Assembly: GCA_964016885.1 (NCBI GenBank) | Contig: OZ024741.1 | Span: 296,546,001-296,610,000, forward strand | Direction: 5' to 3' | From: Eledone cirrhosa | Taxonomy: Eukaryota | Length of the DNA: 64,000 nt | Part shown: piece after piece, positions 51,601 to 63,330 of the stretch | Layout: each line of letters starts with the position of its first letter | Numbering within the stretch: position 1 is the stretch's first letter | Position numbers and translations under genes: made by a program | The notes under the pieces: model-generated | What the model saw: the letters and a program-made list of their open reading frames with translations, nothing else | What the model was told of the DNA's origin: nothing | Databases searched by the model: none

Positions 51601-54600
51601 GGAGAGAAATGAGGCAAGCATGCTCCGTTGGATGTGCAATGTCAATGTGCATGAACAACCCAGCATGGATGTGTTGAGAGAGAAACTGTGTCTGAGAGGG
51701 ATAGAATGTAGTGTGCGAGAGAGGAGACTGCGGTGGTATGGACATGTGATGTATATGGAGGATCACCGATGGGTGAAGAAGTGCCAGGAAATGCCAGTTG
51801 AAGGAAGACATGGTCGAGGTAGACCACGAAAAACATGAGTGGAGGTGGTGAGAACAGACCTCAGATCGCTGAAGCTCACGGTGGAGATGACAAAGAATCG
51901 TGCAAGTGGAGAGATGTTGTGCTGAATAAGACCCGTCCCACCCTTGCAAGCAGGGAAAAGCAGACGTAAAATGATGATGATAATGATATATATATATATA
52001 TATACACACACAAACACATACACATAGATACACACCTGTTTAAATTATTTTCTAAAAGAATCTGATATTCTTTATTTTCATTGAATGTTCTGTTCTTGTG
52101 CTTTTGTAGGGTTTCCAGATATTGGTTGACACACACAATGCTTTTACTGGGGTTGCTGCTTCTGTTCTTGAATATCTGCAAGATGAATTCTCCAGCAAAT
52201 CTCTTTTGACCTTTGGACTTTCCCCAATAAGTTTTGACAATGTAAGCTAAACCTTCTTTCATATACTTTTTTTTATTAAGTCATGGCGGAGGGCAGTGCA
52301 CATCAGGGTATCTCTGATGTGTGCAAGGAAGGGCAGTAGGGTCAGAAGAGAGGGCATTGCACAAGACTCTTTCCAGGACCTCTGAAACTTAGCCAATGGA
52401 AGACGGTAGATATTTTCAAACTGAAATCCTCACCTCAATGCTTGCTTTGGAGTGAACTCTGCTAAAGACACTCAAAAGCCAGGCAATGGTTTATGTCTAC
52501 CACCTAAGTTGGTAAAAGAGGTTTGACTTGTATGTGTCATGTGAATTGAAGGTAAATATAATCTATAGGAACAGGACCTTCAATTTTTATTGACTTTTGT
52601 AACTTAGATGTCTTTTGTCTCTTTCTCTGCTGTCTTCACCAGACCGACCGTAGTGGACACCACATCATAAATGCAGCACTGTGTTATTACCAACTGGCCA
52701 TGCAAAGTTCACTGTTTGTGCCACTCACTTTGGCCACATCTGCTTGGCCGTCCATAAACACTACCAATAGCGAACAAACTGCCTACCGCAAGTTTCCTCA
52801 TGTCAATTATAAGGTAAGAGACACTGTTTATTGTTTTGCTCTACATCATCATATATATCATACACATATACACATATATATAAAAGAGGTAAAGATACCC
52901 TTCGGTCATGAGTGACCATGGGAGATGTACCTAGAAAGTTCCTCTCCAAGGCACAAGTCTAGGCAAGGTTGTTTGTGGAAGACCAGCAGTCACCCATGCA
53001 TGCCAGTCTCCCCTCTCCACACCACCAATTTCTACAACTGAAATAAAGTGTCTTGCTCAAGAACACAACACATCACCTGGTCCGAGAATTGAACTCACAA
53101 TCTCCCCATTGCAAGCCCAATGCTTTAACCACTAAGCCATGTGCCTTCACATACACATATATGCATTATCTACATTCTCATAGCATAATCTACATCTACA
53201 TTATTATATACACTCTCATGATCATTATATACACTTCTACTCTACACTCTCATCATTATCTACATTCATGCAGGGCTGCCTGGATTTATCATTCAGGAAG
53301 CGGGGGGCAAGAGGGTAAATGCCCTGAGTACCCCTTGTCAAACAGGGACCTCTTTAGGAACAACCCTGGGCCACCAAAACTTAAATTACTCCCCGTCTAA
53401 ATATGATCTTGCATTCACACATGTCATCATTATATTAATCCATGTTGTTATATTTACAATCATCTACACTGGAGGTTCTCCAACTTTTTAGGCCACCGTC
53501 CCTCATGGCCACATAATACACTCAGCACCCCCACCCTAATTCCCGAGAGACATGCAAATTGTAAATAATATATAATAAATAAAATTGTTAATTTATATAC
53601 AATAAATAATACAATATATACTATAGGAGGCACATGGCTTAGTGGTTAGAGCATTGGTCTTGCAATCGAAAGGTTGTGAGTTCAATTCTCAGACCGGGTG
53701 ATGTGTTGTTTCCTTGAGCAAGACACTTTATTTCACATTGCTCCAGTTTACTCAGCTGTAGAAATGAGATGATAAGACTGGGGTCCATATCATTCCACTG
53801 CAAAGTGGTCGTGGAGGTGCCATGGCAAAAAAGCACCCAGCCCACTGTAAAGTGGACGTGTAGGCGCCACGGAAAAAAAAAAGCACCCACCACTCACTGT
53901 AAATGAGGTTGGTGTTAGGAAGGGCATCCAGCTGTAGAAATCAAGCCAGAATCAGTTCCCGTCCCACCCTTGCAAGCAGGGAAAAGCGGACGTATGATGA
54001 TGATGATGATGATGACTATGTATAAATAAATATATATTTTTGATTATACTATTATATCATCTCTAACCCCCCGTCCCCTTAGGCACGAGTAGCCACCTGG
54101 ACATTTTCAACGTCTGCAGAGGGGCAGTTGCATCCACTTTGAGAACCTCTGATCTACACTCTCATTATATATATCCTCATAATCGTCATTGCCTTTGTAA
54201 TTATTTTTTCCTCCTTTTAACACAAGACCAGCAATTATCCCACTACATTACTTGTGCTTTATTTTATCGACCCCGTAAGGATGAAAGGCAAAGTTAACCT
54301 CGGCGGGATTTGAACTCAGACTGTAACTTTATGTTGCAAAGCATAGCGTCCGACTATCTACCGATACTGCTAATTCCCTAATTATTGTTACAAATATTGG
54401 AGGCACATGGCTTAGTGGTTAGAGCATTGGTCTTGCAATCGAAAGGTTGTGAGTTCAATTCTCAGACCGGGTGATGTGTTGTTTCCTTGAGCAAGACACT
54501 TTATTTCACATTGCTCCAGTTTACTCAGCTGTAGAAATGAGATGATAGGGACTGGGGTCCCTATCATTCCACTGCAAAGTGGTCGTGGAGGTGCCATGGC

Positions 54601-57600
54601 AAAAAAGCACCCATCACTCACTGTAAATGAGGTTGGTGTTAGGAAGGGCATCCAGCTGCAGAAATCAAGCCAGCATCAGTTCCCGTCCCACCCTTGCAAG
54701 CAGGGAAGAGCGGACGTAAAATGATGAATGAAAAAATGAATGAAAAATTGACACCATTACCACCACTTCCATCATCATCATTTGTCATGATCATCATCAT
54801 TGTTAGCATTGATCATCATCATTGTTAGCATCATTATTACCACCACCAAAGAGTTACGTCCCTTTACAGTCTGAGTTCAAATCCCGCTTTAGGTTCACTT
54901 TGCCTTGCATCCTTACGGGGTCGATAAAATAAAGTACCAGTAATACGCTGGGATAATTGCTGGCCTTGTGCCAAAAGTAGAAACAATTATTACCACCACC
55001 AAAGATCAGTGGATTGGCAGTATCAGTAGAGTGTAGGACAACATTCTTTGTGGCATATAGTTACAACCCTTTATGTTCTGAGGTTAGCTTTGCCTTTCAT
55101 CTTTACAGGGTGGATAAAATAAAGTACTAGGTCGATTTAATTGACTTTCCCCTCTCTCCAAATTATTGACCTTATGCCTAAATCAGAAACCATTGGCAGG
55201 ATCGGTAGAGCGTTGGACAACATGCTTAGTGCCATAGAGTTATGGCCCTTTATGTTCTGAGTTTAAATCTGTCTGAGGTTAGCTTTGCCTTTCATCCTTA
55301 CAGGGTTGATAAAATAAAGTACCAGTAATGCACTAGGGTTGATTTAATCGACTTTCCCCTCTCCCAAAATGATTAACCTTGTGCCTAAATCAAAAACCAT
55401 TATTGCTATGGATTGGCAGTATCGGTAGAGGGTTGGATGCCATGCTTTCCAGCATAGTTACATCTCTTTATGATCTGAGTTCAAATCCCTCCGAGGTTGA
55501 CTTTGCCTTTCATCCTTACGGGGTCGATAAAATAAAGTACCAGTAATGCACTGGGTAATTGCTGGCCTTGTGCCTAAAGTAGAAACAATTATTGCTACTA
55601 CAATTATCATCACTTTGACTATCATGTGATGATGATGATCCTTGCCTGTCTTTCACTAGTATTGTTGTTGTTGATGATAATGATGTATGTTTTACTGTTG
55701 TTTTCAATATTCAGCCCCATTTAGACTACCATACAAGTGCCATTCTAGCAGCCACCCTCGATACTTGTTCGTTACCCTATAGATTACGTAACAAACAAAC
55801 TCACATGAAGGACATCACTCACAGTTTCAACTCACTCAGCAGGAAGGTAAGTGGCATTGTTGTTGTTAACAATGTTGTTGTGTCATTGTTGTTGACCTTA
55901 TCTGTTGTTAAACCAACATAAAATTTAACCAACATAAAGCTAGACCAACATAAAGTACAGCTGAGTTAGACCAACATAAAGTACAGTTGAGTTAGACCAA
56001 CATAAAGCTAGACCACCATAAAGTACAGCCAATGGTTAAAGACATTCCACTTGTGACCATCCAATCTTTTATTTAGACATGATGGATCTTCTGTTAGTTT
56101 TGACGATGAACATCAATTGTTTAATCAAATGTACAGCTTAATTAATCCTTTTCTAGCCATTAACAGGAATTAACCCTTTTCTAGCCATTAACAGATGTTA
56201 ACCCTTTTGTTGCCATTAACAGGTATTAACCTTTTTCTGGCCATTAACAGGTGTTAACCCTTTTGTTGCCATTAACAGGTGTTATCCATGTTTTATTATA
56301 TTTAGAAAATTAGGAAGAATTTGTGAAAATTTAGTAAAATAACTTTTCCATATTAAACTTTACGAAGGTTTTTAATGGAAGGTGGTAATAATTTAAATAT
56401 GAACACAATAAAACAGGCAGTCTAATATCATATTAGTTTGGTATCAAAAGTACTAATGTGAAAAATGGCATGTATTGGGTGCGTTTATCGTGTAGGTCAA
56501 TGTGAAAGAAACATATTAACCACTGGGCCATTCCTGCATTCACTATTCATTGTACTCAGACTTGCTGTATCTACGTTTACTCTTTTAAATATCTTAATTA
56601 TTTTTTAACCCTTTTGATACCAAAGCACCTTAGATTGCCTCTGGTTCCTCGATACAAAACTGTTTACTTTAAAGTATTTATTATATTTCTCTAAAATATT
56701 TCTATGTAAAAATTTTTGTCAAGTTATGTTCTGATACCAGATTAATGGGGAAGTTATATAATTAAATCTCTCTAATTTCTTGATTATTTCCAAAATATTT
56801 GAAAATAATAGGCAGTCTTTCATGGTAGCATGTAATTTAAATGAGTTCTTTTTTTTGCTACTGTTTCTAGCAGGTTAAGGTACTACAAAGAGGTTGTCTC
56901 ATTCACTCAGTGACATGAAGTAGAGCTGAGTCTTGGTTCTTGTATTTATTCAGTTTTATACAGGACATTCTACTTCTTTAACCCCAAGCCTGCTCTGGTT
57001 GAGAAAACCTAAGATGAAATGCATTCCATCTTCAACCATCCTGCCTTATTTAAGATATGAGGGCGTGATTTAAAGGTTATATGGTTGCTGTTTCTAGCAC
57101 TTTGAACGACTATATAGTAGATGCAATAAGTAGACAAAAATTTCCTGAAAGGAGTATTTAAAAGCTATATACAAGGGAAGCAATTCCAATAATATGCGAG
57201 ACGCTGTTGTAGAGTTATCTACCATTTTCAATGGATCACAACGAAGGAAACATCGCAAGGTTGATCAATCTGGGATAAAATAGTGGTTAAATATCCCTCA
57301 AATAGCATATTCTATCTTTAAAAGAAAAATCTTCCAGTCGCAACCATCTTATCTTATCTTCTTTTCAATTTATTAAAGACTAAATTATCTAATATTAATG
57401 TATGTATGATAAGGGAGATTTGGCTGCTGTTTCAAGCAGGTCAAATGAATCCCTGAAAGGGTGTTAGACTTACAATTATAATGTCGTGAGTTCGATTTCT
57501 GGACGAGGTGGCGAGTTGTGTTCTTTAGCAAAACATTTCATTTCATGTTGCTCCAGTTTACTGAGCTGAAAATGAATACCAGAAATAGCTGGGAGATTAA

Positions 57601-59302
57601 ACTTGTGATGAACTGGTGTCTTGTCCAGGGGGAAGTCTTGTACTCTCATTTGCTTAAAGCCACAGAAACTCACCAACCTGATGAGTCTCCAGGCTTGAGA
57701 CAGACTTTAGACTCTTTTTAGTAATCATTCCATGTACTTTCTTTTCTTTCCATTGTTGGTCACCAACCAATGTCCAGGTGGCAGCATTGCACAGTACTGT
57801 ACCGTTTCCTTTGGCTGAAGACAGTTCATTGGTTGAATCACTGATGCAGATGGGGGACCACCTCCCTTGGACATCTGTCAGTCCCCACGTAAATACTCAA
57901 GTTAAACCATGGATGATGTCCACTACGCTACGAGGCATCCCTGAATCAATGACAAAATCGTGAGTATTACAATGATTGCAGCAATACTCTAAAGTAATCT
58001 CTGTGTGTGTACAATGGCTGTGAGGTTGAGTGTGTGTGGTGTTACAATGGCTGTGAAGTTGTGTGTGTTACAATGGCTGTGAGGTTGAGTGTGTGTGTGT
58101 TGCTGTGGGGTTGTATGTGTGTTTTGAGTTCCAACACTATGCGGTTGTGTGTGTTACAACGGTTGTGATGTTGTGTGTATAAGTGTGCACATACAGAAAG
58201 ACAACATACACTTTTCCAAAGGTGCCACTGTCAATAAATCTTTATCTTCCTTTGCTTTTGACTATTAACTATTATCAGTGTTTGATGACTTCTCTTTCGT
58301 TTTGGTTATTCTCTCCCCATACAGGGAAAACATCAGTGCAGAGTTCGCTCCCTTGTTGAAACAGTGTAACACAAGAGATGACGTTTTGAAATTCTACCTA
58401 TCAGAGACTATGCCATCTACACTGAAGTAAGTTATTTGAGGGATCTTTTTCGTTTGCAGTTGATGTGGGCTCTAATATTATCGGTACACCTGTTTTCATC
58501 ATCATCATCACCGTTTAATGTCCATTTTTCCACGCTAGCATGGGTTTGACAAGTTGTCCAGATGTGTCGTAAAGCCAGATAATATGACTGTGTTTTGCTC
58601 ACACTGGACTGAATTTGACTTTGTTTCTATGGCTGGATGCCCTTCCTAATGCTAACCACATTTACAGTGTGGACTGGGTGCTTTTTGTCGGGAGACCTAC
58701 ATGACCACTTTACTGTGTGGACTGGGCGCTTTTTGTCATGGAACCAGATGTGTATTTGTATGTGTGTGTGTGTGTGTGTTAGATATGAGTTTATGTAAAT
58801 CTCTATTTTTATCTGTTTCAGTGCTGGTTGTTCAGTGTCATCACCATCTAATTTATCGTCATCGTTTCCTCATATTTTTACACCAAACATCACTTCTAAA
58901 GGATTGATATCTACAATGTTACGGCCACCACTTCAAGGTAATCATACACACCACCACCAACAACATACATACACCACCACCACTTCAAGGTAATCACACC
59001 CACATCACTACTACCACCACCACAACTTCAAGGTAATCACACACACACTGCCACCCCCTCTTCAAGGTAATCACACATATCATTACCATCACTTCACACA
59101 CTACCACCACTACTTCAAGGTAATCACACACATAGCCACCACACTCACCACCACCAACACCACTTTAAAGTAATCACACATACCACCAAGTTTCTTTCTT
59201 TCTTGCTCAGTTTGGTGCCTGAACATATAGTTAGTCCACTGAGAGTGAGAGACCCCTAGTTCTTGTTAGGAAAGGAAAATTCTGATGTAAAACCTGTGAC
59301 CT

Positions 59303-59333
<31 letters not shown>

Positions 59334-60641
59334 CGTTACCTGTCACCATCGTTCAGAGAGATTGGTCCAGTGTAAGGCCTTTCATCATCTTCGTTTAACA
59401 TCCATCTTCCACGCTAGCATGGGTTAGACTTTCTTCACTTAAAAAGGCTTCAAGCGCAGGTATCACTTTATCAAAATGACTTTCATATGTTATGACCAAG
59501 CCTGGCCTTTTCTTTTGCTGCAGCATATGCAAAAAAGAATCTAGGCCCTTGGCAGGGCTAAAGTGTCATATTCGTGCCACCCATGTATGAGAAACTTGTC
59601 GATGGATGACAGTTCTCGAAACTGAGATGAAGCCAGGATATATATGTATGTTTGTGTGTGAGTGTGTGTGTGTGTGAAATGAAGGATTCAAGAGGAGGAA
59701 GATAAGAGAGAGAGAGAAGGGGGAAGTGAAACAGCTTCTGGAAGACAACCACATGACAGAAAGAGAAAAACAATAATGCAGGGGAAGATGAGGGTTAGCT
59801 ATGTGAGAAAGAAATGTTCCTTTTCTATAGAGAATGTCCACTTATGATTGTATTCTGGAATAGCTGATAAATTCCTTTTCTTTGGCCCATGTACCAGTGG
59901 TTCTAGACTTCATGAGATCTATATTCTTCTCAGCCTGACTCCTCCTGAGTCTTCTCAAATGTTATGGCACTTTTTGTTATGAGGGAGAGAGAGAGGTTTA
60001 TATTTTCTGATCAGTCAGCTAGCTATGAAACAATGGTTTTACAGTGAGGTTTATAAACTGTAGTTACATCTACATTAAATTTACATTAGATTTTCTAATA
60101 TGTGCTGTGTACAGAATATATATTGGATTAATCATGCAAATTAGACTGACGATTTCAGATAAGTTCTGGTTTGTGTTGGATATAAATAGCATTTGACAAT
60201 GAGCTCTCTTTGTAGATGGAAAAATAAAGGTACGTGTCTTCTGATGAATGGCCTAACCATAATTCACAAAACATATAAAGTCAATCTCTTATATATTTCT
60301 GTGTATGATGATAGTAACAAAATGTTTCTCACATTTGTTTATATTCCCACAGCATTACTTATAAACTTTAGTTTTATCTATATTAAATTTATCTTTTCCA
60401 ATGTATAAATATTTATCATTTTGTGTTTGTTCTTTGTTTCACAGCTGTGAATTCCATTCCTTTGATGAGTTCTTTGCAAAGTACAAAAGACAGTGGTGAT
60501 ATGGTGAACATGCTTTATGAAGAGGCCAAGAAAGTTAATCTGAAGCGGTTCCATAGATTCATCTCCTCTGGCTTAGATGAAGAAGAATTCAAGGAATGTC
60601 TCAATGAACTGGCGAATCTCAGTGAAAACTACTCTGAATGA
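29848..60641 (+). CDS. MSTO1: Misato homolog (tubulin/FtsZ-like mitochondrial morphology protein), 14 coding exons, 587 aa
   Basis: join(29848-29928, 40813-40902, 41357-41469, 42084-42159, 43502-43583, 44291-44462, 45657-45774, 52110-52241, 52643-52813, 55715-55846, 57778-57959, 58325-58426, 58822-58937, 60445-60641) = 1764 nt, all GT-AG with matching phases. Motifs [76 protein letters not shown]. Confidence 0.95.
30080..30330 (-). mobile_element. RTE LINE 3' end fragment
   Basis: Reverse complement of about 51740-51975, with (TGA)n tail. Confidence 0.85.
31055..31490 (+). mobile_element. Degenerate RTE-type LINE 3' fragment
   Basis: [24 protein letters not shown]...EPLLHRI...LRYYGHVVR. Confidence 0.75.
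32715..33680. repeat. Tandem duplication of a unit of about 420 bp followed by a fold-back inverted copy
   Basis: About 32720-33120 is repeated at 33145-33550. 33560-33680 is the reverse complement of about 33083-33202. Confidence 0.85.
35082..35431. mobile_element. Mariner-type MITE(s): one left TIR and two right TIRs (CGAGGGCAATCCCAAAAGTAAG)
   Basis: Left TIR follows TA at 35080-35081. Right TIRs end at 35256 and 35431, each followed by TA. Confidence 0.8.
35514..35569 (+). ncRNA. Minimal type-I hammerhead ribozyme motif in Misato intron 1 (sense)
   Basis: ACTGC-CTGATGA-GGTCATAGCCATTCAATGGCTATCATC-GAAA-TATATA-TA-GCAGT: stems I and II pair and the core is intact. Confidence 0.8.
35710..36532 (-). 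mobile_element. RTE LINE 3' fragment with internal deletions, flanked by (TA)n
   Basis: [21 protein letters not shown]. Homologous to about 51110-51975. Confidence 0.9.
37376..37712 (+). mobile_element. tRNA-headed CORE-type SINE (composite tail)
   Basis: GGAGGCACATGGCTTAGTGGTTAGAGC...GAGTTCAATTCTC, then a CORE-like TGTGTTGTTTCCTTGAGCAAGACACTT. Near-identical copies at about 53626-54015 and 54399-54725. Confidence 0.85.
38256..38850 (+). repeat. SINE-derived minisatellite (about 44-45-bp unit CCCAGTCCACACTGTAAAGTGGTCGTGTTGGTGACATGGCAAAAAGCA) ending in the dispersed repeat's tail
   Basis: About 10 tandem units, with alternating variants. Confidence 0.85.
40813..40902 (+). CDS. MSTO1: Misato exon 2
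   Basis: AG|[30 protein letters not shown]|GTAAG. Confidence 0.92.
41140..41300. repeat. Minisatellite, about 33-bp unit (GCTGATGTATGGTCATAAACTGTGTCTTAT)
   Basis: About 5 copies visible. Confidence 0.8.
41357..41469 (+). CDS. MSTO1: Misato exon 3
   Basis: [29 protein letters not shown]...; AG/GT boundaries. Confidence 0.93.
42084..42159 (+). CDS. MSTO1: Misato exon 4
   Basis: (W)[25 protein letters not shown]; phase 2 in, phase 0 out. Confidence 0.88.
42765..43340. repeat. Triple tandem repeat of a unit of about 180 bp
   Basis: TTTACATTACT...CACATAATATTGAATC...GAACAATACCTTAAC...ACAGAAAGAGGT occurs three times. Confidence 0.8.
43502..43583 (+). CDS. MSTO1: Misato exon 5 (acidic linker)
   Basis: [27 protein letters not shown]; supplies the required phase 0 to 1 change. 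Low conservation. Confidence 0.75.
43957..44084. repeat. Near-perfect palindrome of about 128 bp
   Basis: ATCTTTATTTAATATTGAAATGAC...ATGAAATCATTAATGATTTCAT...GTCATTTCTATATTAAATAAAGAT. Confidence 0.85.
44291..44462 (+). CDS. MSTO1: Misato exon 6
   Basis: ...[26 protein letters not shown]... Confidence 0.92.
44848..45535 (+). mobile_element. CR1-clade LINE 3' end with 3' UTR
   Basis: [15 protein letters not shown]...[10 protein letters not shown]...NTRGHAYKI...[14 protein letters not shown]. Confidence 0.88.
45657..45774 (+). CDS. MSTO1: Misato exon 7
   Basis: [11 protein letters not shown]...[16 protein letters not shown]|GTAAGT. Confidence 0.93.
47930..49725. repeat. Minisatellite of about 50-bp unit (TTTAGCTGCTATTTCTAGCACACTTATGGACCACCATGAGGTTCCCCTA), roughly 30 copies
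   Basis: Period of 50 read directly at 47941/47991/48041. Confidence 0.92.
48662..48905 (+). mobile_element. CORE-type SINE inserted into the minisatellite, 15-bp TSD ACATAGACCACCATG
   Basis: TSD at 48647-48661 and 48906-48920; tRNA-like head with A and B boxes. Confidence 0.88.
50237..51985 (+). mobile_element. 5'-truncated RTE-clade LINE with a PHD-like finger inside the RT region, flanked by (TA)n
   Basis: [70 protein letters not shown], (TGA)n tail. Confidence 0.92.
52110..52241 (+). CDS. MSTO1: Misato exon 8
   Basis: [31 protein letters not shown]... Confidence 0.93.
52643..52813 (+). CDS. MSTO1: Misato exon 9
   Basis: [28 protein letters not shown]...FPHVNYK|GTAAG. Confidence 0.9.
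53470..54151. mobile_element. hAT-type MITE with 8-bp TSD ATCTACAC, containing a nested SINE (about 53626-54015)
   Basis: TIRs (T)GGAGGTTCTCCAA / TTTGAGAACCTCTG. ATCTACAC at 53462-53469 and 54152-54159. Confidence 0.82.
54850..55592 (+). mobile_element. Tandem cluster of tRNA-derived SINE copies
   Basis: Four head-to-tail copies of the abundant family. Confidence 0.85.
55715..55846 (+). CDS. MSTO1: Misato exon 10
   Basis: [24 protein letters not shown]...SRK|GTAAGT. Confidence 0.93.
57778..57959 (+). CDS. MSTO1: Misato exon 11
   Basis: [12 protein letters not shown]...PWTSVSP...TLRGIP; donor GTGAGT. Confidence 0.9.
58325..58426 (+). CDS. MSTO1: Misato exon 12
   Basis: [33 protein letters not shown]; phase 2 in and out; donor GTAAGT. 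Confidence 0.88.
58822..58937 (+). CDS. MSTO1: Misato exon 13
   Basis: [29 protein letters not shown]... Confidence 0.9.
60445..60641 (+). CDS. MSTO1: Misato exon 14 (last coding)
   Basis: [12 protein letters not shown]...[30 protein letters not shown]. Confidence 0.92.
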
Positions 60642-60724
60642 AAACTTATCATGGAAGAGGATACAAGCATTAATAATATTATGCACCTGGTGTGTCTGTC
60701 TGTGTGTTTTCATTGTTGTTTGTG

Positions 60725-60730
60725 AATAAA
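60725..60730 (+). terminator. Candidate polyadenylation signal for Misato
   Basis: AATAAA about 84 nt after the stop codon. Confidence 0.5.
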
Positions 60731-60829
60731 ACCTTCCTGCACAAAGACACATGATGCCATAAGAAATGTCTAAGGAAGATAACTTTTCTTAAGTGGGTTT
60801 TTTTTTTATTTTAAATTCAAAATTATCAT

Positions 60830-63330
60830 CATTATGGCAGGGTTCTGGTTTCAAATCCTGTTGTGGTCAACTTCATCCTTTCATCCTTCCAGGGTCGCTA
60901 AAATAAAGTACCATCATGTACTCGGAGTAATATAGACTTTCCCCTATACTCCTACACCCACAAATTTGCCAACCTTGTGCTTAAATTAGAAACAATTATT
61001 ATTAGGGTGGTGAAGGCAGTGGATTGGCGGAATCATTAGAGCATTGGACAGAATGTATTGCAGCATTCAGTTACATCTCTTTACTTTCTGAGTTCAAATC
61101 CTGCCATAGTCAACTTTGCTTATCGTCCTTCCAGAGTCAATAAATGACTGGCCTAGTGCTATGTTAGAAATCATGATTAGGATGTGTGGATTGGCAGACT
61201 TGTTAGGTTGTCAGACAAATAGCCTTGCAATATTTCTGCTGGCAATTTACATTCTGAGTTCAAACCCCAAACCAAAGCCAACTTTACTTTTCATTCCTGA
61301 AGGGTCGATATAATAGAGTACCAGTCAAATATTGGGGTAGATATAATTTGACTGTTCTCTTTCTTTTGTGCCTATGTTAGAAATTATTATTATCATTATT
61401 ATTATTGGTTTATTGGTGGATCATCAGTATCAGTGGAGTGTCAGACAACATGCTTTGTGACATATAGCTACGTCCCTTTTACTTTCTGATTTTAAATCCC
61501 ACTGAGGTTAGTTTTGCCTTTCATCTTTACAGAGTTGATAAAACAAAGTACCAGTAACGCACTGGGATCAACTTTTCCCTACCCCAAAATTATTGGCCTT
61601 GTGCCTAAATCAGAAACCACACCAGGCTTTGCAGCATAGAGTTACGCCTCTTTATGATCCGAGTTAAAATGCCGCCAATGTTAGCTTCGCCTTTCATCCT
61701 TACGGGGTTGATAAAATAAAGTACCAGTAATGCACTGAGGTCGATTTAATCAACTTACGTCTCCCTTTCAAAGTAGAAACAATTATTATTATTATTAGTT
61801 GGAGAAGGGCGGTATTGATAGAACGTCAGACACCATGGTTAAGAAAAAGTGGACAGAAGTGCCTCTAAGGAATACCGTCTCATTTTCTGTGTTTGGGATG
61901 CTCACATTTTTCAAATTTCAAATTCTCACACCACTCCATAAATCATAAGATTATTATTATAAGGGCGGTGGATTGGCAGTATCGGTAGAGGGTCGGACGC
62001 CATGCTTTGACGCATGGAGTTACGGCCCTTTCCATTCTGAGTTCAAATCCCACCGAGGTTAATTTTGCCTTTCATCCTTACGGGGTCGATAAAATAAAGT
62101 ACCAGTCATACACTGGGGTCGATTTAATCGACTTACCCCTCCCCCAAAATTGTTGGCCTTGTCTCGGTAGAGGGTCGGACGCCATGCTTTCCAGTATAGT
62201 TACGTCCCTTTACGGTCTGAGTTCAAATCCCGTTCAGGTTAACTTTGCCTTTCATCCTTACGGGATCGATAAAATAAAATACCAGTAATGTACTGGATAA
62301 ATTGCTGGCCTTGTGCCAAAAGTAGACGCAATTATTATTATCATCACTGCCATGTCACTAAATAGTGGATTTCTGCATATTTTTGGTGACTTTCTATTCT
62401 CCTTTGATTTTCTTGTTTGTTACAGTTTGAAGCTTGTAGAATTAGGAATAAAGCACAAGAGAAAACAAGAGTTATTCTTGTTTCTTCTGCCAGAAGACAT
62501 TGCAAGTGAGAGATGTCAACTGTCTCGACCAAACAAACTGATATTAATATAATTTTCAAAATGTAAAAATAATAAATAAAAATAAATGAATATAAAAATG
62601 CCTGCCTTGTGTATTTTTCTTTGCCATACCACATCTGCCAGAAAAAAATAACTCAAGACATAGTTGAAGCACAGTAGTCAGAAAATCAATTGTCTGATAC
62701 AGGTCAGTGACTTGGTTTTGGCAGTATCGGTAGAGCGTCAGACACCATGCTTTGCAACATAGAGTTATGGCCCTTTGTTCTGAGTTCAAATCCGCGAAGG
62801 TTAACTTTACCTTTCATCCTTACGGGGTCGATAAAATAAAGTACCAGTGATGCATTGGGGTAATCGCTGGCCTTGTGCCAAAAGTAGAAACTATATAAAT
62901 AAATAAATAAACCATTATTTAGGTGGATTGACAGTATCTGTAGAGGGTCGGACGCCATGCTTTGCAGCAAAGAGTTACAGCCCTTTATGGTCTGAGTTCA
63001 AATCTTGCCGGGGTTAACTCTGTTTTTCATCTTTACGGGGTCGATAAAATAAAGTACCAGTAATACACTTGGATAATTGCTGGCCTTGTGCCAAACATAG
63101 AAAGAATTATTTAGGAAGGGTATGGGCGTTTGATTGACATCAGGCAGTTGATTGGCAGTATCGGTAGAGCGTTGAACAACATGGTTTGCAGCATATAATT
63201 ATGGCCCTTTACGTTCTGAGTTCAAATTCTGCCGAAGTTAGCTTTGCCTTTCATCCTTACAGGGTCAATAAAATAAAGTACCAGTAACGCACTGTGCTTG
63301 ATTTAATAGACTTTCCCTTCTCCCCAAATT
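60830..63330 (+). mobile_element. Dense same-orientation cluster of tRNA-derived SINE copies of varying divergence
   Basis: About 10 copies of the abundant family consensus. Confidence 0.85.

Noticed and set aside
57660-57715. CTGATGAG motif in a SINE tail (also CTGATGAG at about 63505)
   Set aside because: No correctly placed GAAA, UH and stems, so not called a hammerhead.
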